Assembly: GCA_965230605.1 (NCBI GenBank)
Contig: CBDDLD010000004.1
Location: forward strand, 181,768 to 245,767
DNA length: 64,000 nucleotides
Direction of reading: 5' to 3'
Source of the DNA: Winogradskyella sp.
GTDB taxonomy: Bacteria; Bacteroidota; Bacteroidia; Flavobacteriales; Flavobacteriaceae
The position numbers and the translations under genes were made by a program. Numbering within the stretch: the stretch's first letter is position 1; every line of letters starts with the position of its first letter. The notes under the pieces are model-generated. The model did not search any database. It saw nothing but the letters and a program-made list of their open reading frames with translations, and was not told the DNA's origin. Below, one piece after another: positions 29,622 through 35,955 of the stretch.

Positions 29622-29703
29622 GGGAATGCGTCCACGTTGGAGAGTGGAGCCAGTCTGTAAAACTGGTGCCTTGGCTGAATAGGTTCGAATCCTATGATTC
29701 CCA
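29622..29703 (+). tRNA. tRNA-Tyr (GTA), class II with long variable arm, non-canonical C8
   Basis: Acceptor gggaatg/gattccc (6 of 7 pairs), anticodon stem ccagt/actgg with loop ctGTAaa, variable arm tgccttggctgaat, T-arm atagg-ttcgaat-cctat, discriminator A. Confidence 0.6.
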
Positions 29704-29708
29704 CAAAA

Positions 29709-29780
29709 GCATCTGTAGTGTAATTGGTAACATAGTAGACTTCCAATCTGCAGTTTCGGGTTCGAGTCTCGACAGGTGCT
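29709..29780 (+). tRNA. tRNA-Gly (TCC)
   Basis: Acceptor gcatctg/caggtgc, D-stem gtgt/acat, anticodon stem gtaga/tctgc with loop ctTCCaa, T-arm tcggg-ttcgagt-ctcga. Confidence 0.65.
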
Positions 29781-29790
29781 CATTTAAAAC

Positions 29791-29862
29791 ACGCTTATGG
29801 TGTAATTGGCAGCATCTGAGTCTCCAAAACTTAGGGTTGAGGTTCAAATCCTTATGGGCGTG
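29791..29862 (+). tRNA. tRNA-Trp (CCA), A1 start
   Basis: Acceptor acgctta/tgggcgt (includes G-U pairs), anticodon stem tgagt/actta with loop ctCCAaa, T-arm tgagg-ttcaaat-cctta. Confidence 0.6.
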
Positions 29863-29868
29863 CAAACT

Positions 29869-29941
29869 ATATCTATGGTGTAATTGGATAGCACAAGAGA
29901 TTTCTAATCTCTGAGTCCGAGTTCGACTCTTGGTAGATATA
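29869..29941 (+). tRNA. tRNA-Arg (TCT), A/T-only acceptor stem
   Basis: Acceptor atatcta/tagatat (7 of 7 pairs), D-stem gtgt/gcac, anticodon stem agaga/tctct with loop ttTCTaa, T-arm ccgag-ttcgact-cttgg, discriminator A. Confidence 0.65.
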
Positions 29942-29947
29942 CATAAT

Positions 29948-30019
29948 AGTATCGTGGTCTAATGGTAAGACACTTGACTGTCTCTCGAGAAGATGCGAGT
30001 TCGAATCTCGTCGGTACTG
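29948..30019 (+). tRNA. tRNA-Asp (GTC)-like, non-canonical T37
   Basis: Acceptor agtatcg/cggtact, D-arm gtct-aatggta-agac, anticodon stem cttga/tcgag with loop ctGTCtc (a pyrimidine at position 37), T-arm gcgag-ttcgaat-ctcgt. Confidence 0.5.
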
Positions 30020-30020
30020 C

Positions 30021-30105
30021 AAAAAGCGCTCTGAGAATACCGGTTATGGTGCTGGGTTCTATAGAAGAAGTATAAGAGGCCATGGCTTTACAGAGCGCAT
30101 TTTTT
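30021..30105 (+). other. 73-nt structured spacer closed by an 8-bp inverted repeat (aaaaaGCGCTCTG ... CAGAGCGCattttt) within the tRNA array
   Basis: The perfect 8-bp terminal stem is flanked by an A5 run on the 5' side and a T6 run on the 3' side. The interior carries the ACCGGT and GCCATGGC palindromes and has no T-loop. Function unknown. Confidence 0.4.
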
Positions 30106-30192
30106 GGAGAGTAGGCAAATATTGGTTTGTTGCGCTCACCTGCTAAGTGAGTTTACTTAGAGGTAATGAAGGTTCGATTCCTTTGCTCTCCG
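30106..30192 (+). tRNA. tRNA-Ser (GCT), class II
   Basis: Acceptor ggagagt/gctctcc, anticodon stem ctcac/gtgag with loop ctGCTaa, long variable arm ttacttagaggtaa, T-arm gaagg-ttcgatt-ccttt, discriminator G. Confidence 0.7.
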
Positions 30193-30198
30193 CTTTAT

Positions 30199-30271
30199 GC
30201 TCCATTAGCATAGTGGTTTAGTGCATCCGGCTTTCTACCGGAAGACAAGGGTTCGATTCCCTTATGGAGTA
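30199..30271 (+). tRNA. tRNA-Glu (TTC), T37
   Basis: Acceptor gctccat/atggagt, D-stem gcat/gtgc, anticodon stem tccgg/ccgga with loop ctTTCta, T-arm aaggg-ttcgatt-ccctt. Confidence 0.6.
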
Positions 30272-30276
30272 CATAT

Positions 30277-30349
30277 TGAGGTGTAGCTTAATTGGTAGAG
30301 CACCATGCTTTTAACATGGGTGATTTGGGTTCGAGGCCCAATGCCTCAA
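30277..30349 (+). tRNA. tRNA-Lys (TTT), T1 start
   Basis: Acceptor tgaggtg/tgcctca, canonical D-arm tagcttaattggtagagc, anticodon stem ccatg/catgg with loop ctTTTaa, T-arm ttggg-ttcgagg-cccaa. Confidence 0.65.
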
Positions 30350-30355
30350 CAATTA

Positions 30356-30430
30356 GCAGGAATGGCGAAAATGGCAAACGCACTTGATTTAGAATCGAGG
30401 AATTTGGGAGTTCGAGTCTCTCTTCCTGTA
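30356..30430 (+). tRNA. tRNA-Leu (TAG)-like with Leu-type D-arm but short (about 6-7 nt) variable loop
   Basis: Acceptor gcaggaa/ttcctgt, D-arm gcg-aaaatggcaaa-cgc (3-bp stem with 11-nt loop, as in tRNA-Leu), anticodon stem cttga/tcgag with loop ttTAGaa, variable loop gaatttg, T-arm gggag-ttcgagt-ctctc, discriminator A. Confidence 0.55.
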
Positions 30431-30434
30431 CAAT

Positions 30435-30508
30435 ACTCCACTAGCCCAAATGGAAGAGGCAACAGTCTTAAACACTGTATAGTCCAAGTTCGACTCTTGG
30501 GTGGAGTA
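30435..30508 (+). tRNA. tRNA-Leu (TAA)-like with Leu-type D-arm but 5-nt variable loop, A1 start
   Basis: Acceptor actccac/gtggagt (7 of 7 pairs), D-arm gcc-caaatggaaga-ggc, anticodon stem acagt/actgt with loop ctTAAac, variable loop atagt, T-arm ccaag-ttcgact-cttgg, discriminator A. Confidence 0.55.
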
Positions 30509-30530
30509 CAATAACCTAGCAGGTTATCTG

Positions 30531-30600
30531 GTGTCTATAGTGTAATGGCTCGCACGGGAGGTATATCCTCCCAGATCAAGTTCGAATCTTGATAGACATC
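30531..30600 (+). pseudogene. tRNA-like unit with truncated anticodon arm (6-bp stem, 5-nt loop tatat), probable pseudo-tRNA
   Basis: Acceptor gtgtcta/tagacat, D-arm gtgt-aatggctc-gcac, T-arm tcaag-ttcgaat-cttga. The anticodon region GGGAGGtatatCCTCCC cannot form a 7-nt loop. The unit is 70 nt. Confidence 0.45.
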
Positions 30601-30605
30601 ATAAT

Positions 30606-30678
30606 GGAACAGTAGCAAAGTTGGTCAATGCAGCAGATTGAAGCTCTGACGATATAGGTTCGATTCCTGTCTGTTCCG
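30606..30678 (+). tRNA. tRNA-Phe (GAA)
   Basis: Acceptor ggaacag/ctgttcc (7 of 7 pairs), anticodon stem gcaga/tctga (27-43 mismatch) with loop ttGAAgc, T-arm atagg-ttcgatt-cctgt, discriminator G. Confidence 0.6.
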
Positions 30679-30842
30679 CAATTAAAATATCAAGCTGGTC
30701 TTGTTGCGTGTTTCGGTATAGCACCATTGTATAAACCGTTGCAGAAATGTATAGCGGATTTATATGCAACCGGACTTGGAGGTTTGATGGTTCACCAAAA
30801 ACCATTACCAGTTCATGTGGGTTCGAATCCCACTATCTCTCA
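30679..30842 (+). pseudogene. Degenerate tRNA-like remnants (a D-arm-like ggtatagcacc; a Trp-like anticodon hairpin tggtt-caCCAaa-aacca with A33; an intact T-arm gtggg-ttcgaat-cccac with no matching 5' acceptor)
   Basis: The 3' portion folds like a tRNA 3' half, and its anticodon loop differs from the upstream tRNA-Trp loop (ctccaaa) by one substitution. No 5' acceptor strand complementary to tatctct could be found. Confidence 0.35.
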
Positions 30843-30953
30843 ACGGGATATGGCGGAAATGGCAGACGCACTAGATTTCGGTTCTAGCGAACAGTTGACA
30901 TCTGTAAAATGTCTCTTTTAGCACAGGTTCGATTCCTGTCAAAGCCACCATTT
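30843..30953 (+). pseudogene. Mosaic tRNA-like unit: Leu-type D-arm and anticodon arm (loop ttTCGgt), then a Tyr-like hairpin (gacat-ctGTAaa-atgtc), then the 3' half of tRNA-Met (T-arm, acceptor caaagcc, discriminator A, encoded CCA)
   Basis: The 5' strand cgggata does not pair with the 3' strand caaagcc. That 3' strand is exactly complementary to the 5' acceptor ggctttg of the downstream partial tRNA-Met. Confidence 0.4.
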
Positions 30954-31003
30954 AGGCTTTGTAGCTCAGTCCGGTTAGAGCGCTGCACTCATAATGCAGG
31001 TCG
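30954..31003 (+). pseudogene. tRNA-Met (CAT) 5' part (acceptor, D-arm, anticodon arm) lacking its own T-arm and 3' acceptor strand
   Basis: ggctttg-ta-gctc-agtccggttag-agc-g-ctgca-ctCATaa-tgcag, followed by the palindrome GGTCTTAAGACC in place of a T-arm. The matching 3' half lies immediately upstream at about 30920-30953. Confidence 0.5.
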
Positions 31004-31451
31004 GGTCTTAAGACCTCCATAAGCTTATCATCTTGTAAAACTGATAGTAAAGTAGTTTGTCACACTACTCAACAAAAATGACAAAAAGTAGTGATTGCCA
31101 ATCGGCCTAATAAATAACATTAGTGTTCAAAAAAGGCAATCTTAACGGTACCTTGATCTGTTGATTTGTTTTGCTTTAAGCAGTGACTTTTAGTGGATGA
31201 TTAAGATAAAATTATAGACAACCTACGATCTAAAATTCACCTTGATAAGAAACAAAAAACTTACTGTAGCGCGCATTACTATGAATAGATCCGTATTGAA
31301 GGGATGATTTGCAATCACACTTTTTTAAAGTAAAAAGATGAATTAAAAACAAACTCAAATGCATAGGTTACTTGCGCTTTAGCATTTGAGTGGCATAAGC
31401 CTCCGTTACAGGAATTGCCAAATATAGATGTTTAATTAAAAACTAAGAACA

Positions 31452-32549
31452 ATGAAACAAGTAAGAATTAATGCAGGTAAAGTTGGTTTAGTCTTCAAAA
31501 AAGGAGATTACCAAAAAGTATTGACAAAAGGTAAATACTTGCTAGGCTTTTGGCAAAAAGTATACAAATACGATTTGTCTAAAGCATTCCAAACACCAAT
31601 AGCATTAGAACTCTTAGTTAAGGATAAATCCTTGGAGGCTATGTTAGATGTTATTGAAGTTAAGGATAACGAGCTGGTATTGGTGTTTGAAAACAAAATT
31701 TTCAAAAATGTATTAACCGCAGGTAGATATGTCTACTGGAAAGGTTTGATTGAGCGTAAGTTTACCAGAGTAGACCTAAGCAAGATCTACATTACAGAGG
31801 AAATTGATAAGGCCTTATTTGGTAAGTACGAGCTTAGCAAATACATTAGAACTTTTGAAGTTGCGCCTTACGAGAAGGCTGTGCTTATCATTGATGATGT
31901 ATATGAAAAAACGCTTGAGGCCGGTACATACCGCTTCTGGAGAAATGATACGTCTATTAAGATTGCTAAAGCCGATTTACGTCAGTTGCAGTTAGAAATT
32001 GCCGGACAAGAATTGTTAACTAAAGATAAGGCTGCGATCCGTATCAACTTTTACACACAGTATAAAGTTACAGATATAGAGAAAGCCCTTTTAGAAAACA
32101 AGGATTATGAAAAGCAATTATACATTGCTATGCAATTAGTATTACGTGCATATGTAGGGACTTACACTTTAGATGAACTTTTAGAGCGTAAGGACAATAT
32201 TGCAGAAGCAGTATTTGAAGATGTTAAAGAAGCTGCATCTAAGTTAGGTGTTACTATTTTGAATACAGGTATTAGAGATGTAATCTTAACTGGTGAAATG
32301 AAAGATATCATGAACCAGGTACTTGTCGCTCAAAAGAGAGCACAAGCTAATATAATCACTAGACGTGAAGAAACTGCATCTACAAGAAGCTTATTAAACA
32401 CAGCAAAATTGATGGAAGAGAATGAGATGTTATTTAAGCTTAAAGAGATGGAGTATGTTGAGAAGATTGCTGAAAAGATTGGTGAAATTACAGTTTCCGG
32501 TAACGGAAACGTTGTGACTCAATTAAAAGAGATTTTCTCTGGAAAATAA
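31452..32549 (+). CDS. SPFH/band-7 (stomatin/prohibitin-like) domain protein, apparently without an N-terminal TM anchor
   Basis: SPFH core with a coiled-coil C-terminal region (AQKRAQANIITRREETAS...). No hydrophobic N-terminal segment is visible. Confidence 0.75.
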   Translation: MKQVRINAGKVGLVFKKGDYQKVLTKGKYLLGFWQKVYKYDLSKAFQTPIALELLVKDKSLEAMLDVIEVKDNELVLVFENKIFKNVLTAGRYVYWKGLIERKFTRVDLSKIYITEEIDKALFGKYELSKYIRTFEVAPYEKAVLIIDDVYEKTLEAGTYRFWRNDTSIKIAKADLRQLQLEIAGQELLTKDKAAIRINFYTQYKVTDIEKALLENKDYEKQLYIAMQLVLRAYVGTYTLDELLERKDNIAEAVFEDVKEAASKLGVTILNTGIRDVILTGEMKDIMNQVLVAQKRAQANIITRREETASTRSLLNTAKLMEENEMLFKLKEMEYVEKIAEKIGEITVSGNGNVVTQLKEIFSGK

Positions 32550-32590
32550 GGAGTGTATTTAAAGCGCCGGGATATTTCCTGGCGTTTTAT

Positions 32591-33493
32591 TTAAAAGAAT
32601 ATATCCTGGGCCAATCTAAATGTATTAGCGTGGGCTTCAACAATGGTTTTTATATCTGGTGAATAGCCACCACCCATACTACACATTACAGGAATAGCTG
32701 AAGACTTACAAGTCTCTAAAACAAATTGATCTCTAGCTTTACAGCCATCCATAGAAAGATTAAGCTTTCCTAGTTTGTCTGATGAGATGACATCGACTCC
32801 TGACAAATAATACACAAAATCTGGTTGATGATCTTTTATAAGTTGAGGTAAGGTATCTTTTAAAATGGATAAATAGGTGTCATCATCACAGCCGTCTTCT
32901 AAAGCAATATCTAAATCACTCATCTCTTTTTTAAAGGGGTAATTACTTCTACCATGCATAGAAAATGTAAATACAGAGGGGTCGTTCTTAAATATTTCAG
33001 CGGTGCCATTACCTTGGTGAACATCGAGATCTACAATGAGAACTTTATCTACTAAGCCTTTGTGTTTTAAATACCGCGTTCCGACCGCCTGATCATTTAG
33101 TAAGCAAAAAGCTTCACCTCTATTGGTATAAGCATGGTGGGTGCCTCCTGCAATATTCATTGCTATACCATGGACTAAAGCATATTCACTGGCTTTAAGT
33201 GTTCCGTCAGTAATAATAACTTCTCGTTTTACTAAGGTCTCACTCAACGGAAATCCTATTTTACGAGCAGCTCTCTGATCTAGGGTAATATTTACCAAAT
33301 CATAATAGTATTCGGGGTCATGGACAGCAACAATATATTTGTCATTAGGAATCTGTGGTTTAAAAAAGTTAGCATTAGTGCAGGTCCCTTCATGTAACAA
33401 TTGCTCATGCAGTAATTCATATTTCCCCATAGGGAAACGATGTCCTAAAGGAAGTGGGTGTTTATAAATGGGATGGTATGCTATTTTTAACAA
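32591..33493 (-). CDS. Histone deacetylase-family (HDAC/AcuC/acetylpolyamine amidohydrolase-like) protein
   Basis: HDAC zinc-site pattern (DLDVHQGNGT; H..H upstream: GGTHHAYTNRGEAFC). 300 aa. Confidence 0.8.
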   Translation of the reverse strand: MLKIAYHPIYKHPLPLGHRFPMGKYELLHEQLLHEGTCTNANFFKPQIPNDKYIVAVHDPEYYYDLVNITLDQRAARKIGFPLSETLVKREVIITDGTLKASEYALVHGIAMNIAGGTHHAYTNRGEAFCLLNDQAVGTRYLKHKGLVDKVLIVDLDVHQGNGTAEIFKNDPSVFTFSMHGRSNYPFKKEMSDLDIALEDGCDDDTYLSILKDTLPQLIKDHQPDFVYYLSGVDVISSDKLGKLNLSMDGCKARDQFVLETCKSSAIPVMCSMGGGYSPDIKTIVEAHANTFRLAQDIFF

Positions 33494-33495
33494 GG

Positions 33496-35886
33496 TTATC
33501 CTTTTGTGTCCAAAGTTATAACTTCTGAGACAAATTCGTTATCATTGGTAATGCCCTCAACATATAGATTTATCTCACCGATTTTAGTGTCAAATAGATT
33601 TATTTGTATTTCTCCATTTTCATTGGGTTGTAACTTTGGGAACCATCCGATGGTTCCATATTCTTTGAAGAAGGATGATGTGTAGAATTGGTATTTAGGG
33701 ATGTAAAACTTTTTTTTACTTTCAAATGTTAACGGTACTTTATAAGTGACAACATTGTCCGAATTTTTTTGAGCTGGACCATTCGGGTGTGTATATATTT
33801 TTATGAATCCGGCTTGTCCTCTAAATCCACCACCAAGACCTCGAAATTCAGATTCTATATAATCTACCATTTCGGTAGTTAAAAATGTAAGCGGTGTAAA
33901 ATCATTTAAAAGTGCATCATCCAGATACACTAAAGGAACATCTTTACCTCTGAGAATTTTAGGGTTGCGGATGACCAAAGTACCCGAGAAATAATCAAAT
34001 TGTGTCCGCCATCCTAATCGTTCAAGGTATAGATCTAAACGCTGCCCACGTAATCTATCATACTCATTAATAATACTTATTTTAGATTCTACAGCTTTAG
34101 TTAGAAGTTTTTCTGCTCGTGTTTGTTTTATATCTGTGGTAATTAGAACCTCGTCTAATTGCTCAACATTATCCCAAGACTCAACTGTGATAGGTTCACT
34201 AATAGAGAAATCATCTTTAGTGAAGCTCTCAGTCAGTGTGGTATAGCTGTTTGAATAGTCTGCAAAATTAGAAGGGTAAAATTGCAGGTATAGAGATGGC
34301 TTATTGTTGAATTTTGCTTTGTTTTTAAGGTAACCAATTCTAAAAAGATCGTCATCAGTCGGAATCATCATTTTAGCAGTAAATTCTTTCTCCCCTTTAT
34401 TTAGTTCAAATAATTTGGTATTAGTCTTTTCAAGAGGATAAACAATATAGGTGCCATCTCCCTTTTCTCCATTCACATTAGCAACAACATCGATACCTCT
34501 TTCAAAAGCATAGATGAATGTGTCATCAAAATTAAAAACAGTATCCCAATTATAACTGCTCCAGCCCTGAGACATCATCAGAAGGTCCATCTTATAATTA
34601 GTTGCTCTGTCATCATTTTCGAAATAGAGGTGAGCCTTTTCTATGGGACCATTGACATAGGGTTGAAGATAGATTTGCGATAAGATATTGTGATTGTGAT
34701 TATAAGATTTTGTATCAGAAGGAAGGACCGATACGCTTAAAGAGGTGTAAGTGTCTTTTTTTAGTTGCTCTAAAGTCAAGGCAACACTAATGCTATCTTT
34801 TGTGTTTTGTATCTTGGGTTGAGAGACTTTCTGGTAATTAATACCATTTTTATTGAAGTATAAACGCTCTAAAAGAGGACGATTTTGTTCATCAAAAACG
34901 GTGAATATATTTATTCCTGGATATAGGTCATTGACTGAAAATGCTAAAGCATACGTAAGATTTTTACTCAACTTAAATTTGGTCAAAAGCATTTCATCTC
35001 CATTATGAACTGCAAGGGTATAAATGTGGTCTTTAATAGACGCATAGGTAGTACTATTTGTTTGAAGACCTATATTTACTTTGTTATTGAGTTCTGTAAG
35101 TGTCATCGCAATACCTAATGGAGCAATATCCTTAATAGGTGCTGTAACTTTATCTTCGGACAAGTTTATTTCTGCACTATATGTTTTTCCTGTCTTTGGA
35201 CTAAAAGCTGCTTTGCCAATCCCCACACTATTAAGCTTAAATTCACTTACAATAACACCTTCATTATCCTTAATTTGTCCTGTGGCTTCTGCAATACCGT
35301 ATCCAAAATCATTTTTTGCGATGATAGCTACAGCATTGGTAACATCATATAAGATATGACCGCCTTCTCCAAGGATCTGAAGGTCAATACTTTTGCTTTG
35401 TATTTTAGTGGGATTGATTACTGCATTATTATCGGCATCAATCACTTTAAAAGATTGCTGATAGTGATTGGCTTCTTTAAAATTACGCATCCAGTTGGTA
35501 TACGCCTTAAAGGTATACACTCCGATACTTAAAGAATCATCAATATTAAACACATTAGTCGCTAAACCATCTTCAACGTAAATTAATTTCTTCTTTAATA
35601 CATTACCCTTGTCATCGGATATGGTGCAATATAGATTGGTGGTCATTTTTGAACGCTCTTTGGTAAACTTGTCAAAAATGTAAGCAGTAAACCCTAGCAT
35701 TTCACCCTCTATATATGTGGACTTATTTAAATGAACATATGCTAATTCTCTTGGAGCAGCAGCATAATCTTCATAGATATCTAAGAGTTCTTCCTCTAAA
35801 TCGTTTTGAGCAAAGCCTAAAAAAGGCAATAGCATAAAGAAGCAATAAAAGTACTTTGCAGACGTGCTTTTTGGCAGTAATGGCAT
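33496..35886 (-). CDS. Secreted MG2-domain (alpha-2-macroglobulin-like) protein, paralog 1
   Basis: Signal peptide. The N-terminal YVHLNKSTYIEGEMLGFTAYIF...ISDDKGNVL region matches the MG2 consensus (DKPIYKPGQTV.F.....D.KGN). 796 aa, with high identity to the upstream paralog. Confidence 0.5.
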   Translation of the reverse strand: MPLLPKSTSAKYFYCFFMLLPFLGFAQNDLEEELLDIYEDYAAAPRELAYVHLNKSTYIEGEMLGFTAYIFDKFTKERSKMTTNLYCTISDDKGNVLKKKLIYVEDGLATNVFNIDDSLSIGVYTFKAYTNWMRNFKEANHYQQSFKVIDADNNAVINPTKIQSKSIDLQILGEGGHILYDVTNAVAIIAKNDFGYGIAEATGQIKDNEGVIVSEFKLNSVGIGKAAFSPKTGKTYSAEINLSEDKVTAPIKDIAPLGIAMTLTELNNKVNIGLQTNSTTYASIKDHIYTLAVHNGDEMLLTKFKLSKNLTYALAFSVNDLYPGINIFTVFDEQNRPLLERLYFNKNGINYQKVSQPKIQNTKDSISVALTLEQLKKDTYTSLSVSVLPSDTKSYNHNHNILSQIYLQPYVNGPIEKAHLYFENDDRATNYKMDLLMMSQGWSSYNWDTVFNFDDTFIYAFERGIDVVANVNGEKGDGTYIVYPLEKTNTKLFELNKGEKEFTAKMMIPTDDDLFRIGYLKNKAKFNNKPSLYLQFYPSNFADYSNSYTTLTESFTKDDFSISEPITVESWDNVEQLDEVLITTDIKQTRAEKLLTKAVESKISIINEYDRLRGQRLDLYLERLGWRTQFDYFSGTLVIRNPKILRGKDVPLVYLDDALLNDFTPLTFLTTEMVDYIESEFRGLGGGFRGQAGFIKIYTHPNGPAQKNSDNVVTYKVPLTFESKKKFYIPKYQFYTSSFFKEYGTIGWFPKLQPNENGEIQINLFDTKIGEINLYVEGITNDNEFVSEVITLDTKG

Positions 35887-35955
35887 GGTGGTTAGCGTTA
35901 GAATTCTATAAGAAAATTATCAAAAATTATTCCAAAAAATGCTATTTTATTAGTA

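Noticed and set aside
29504-30921. Six ORFs of 60-85 aa in the six-frame track overlapping the tRNA array (29504..29746, 29526..29783, 29666..29914, 30305..30514, 30599..30805, 30727..30921)
   Set aside because: They lie entirely across tandem tRNA genes on both strands. Their composition is driven by tRNA stems and there is no coding signal. They are almost certainly spurious.
30843-31010. Interpreting the upstream-3'-half, downstream-5'-half tRNA-Met as a functional circularly permuted tRNA gene
   Set aside because: Processing of permuted pre-tRNAs is known to require the archaeal/eukaryotic BHB-splicing endonuclease, which is absent from bacteria. A recombination or integration scar is more parsimonious. 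It is kept as a finding but not called a functional gene.
30679-31450. Possible tmRNA (ssrA) or tRNA-Sec next to the array
   Set aside because: There is no GGTTCAACTCC-type tmRNA T-arm, no resume-codon/tag reading frame and no pseudoknot-rich region of about 350 nt. There is also no 8-bp acceptor plus 6-bp D-stem unit with a TCA anticodon.
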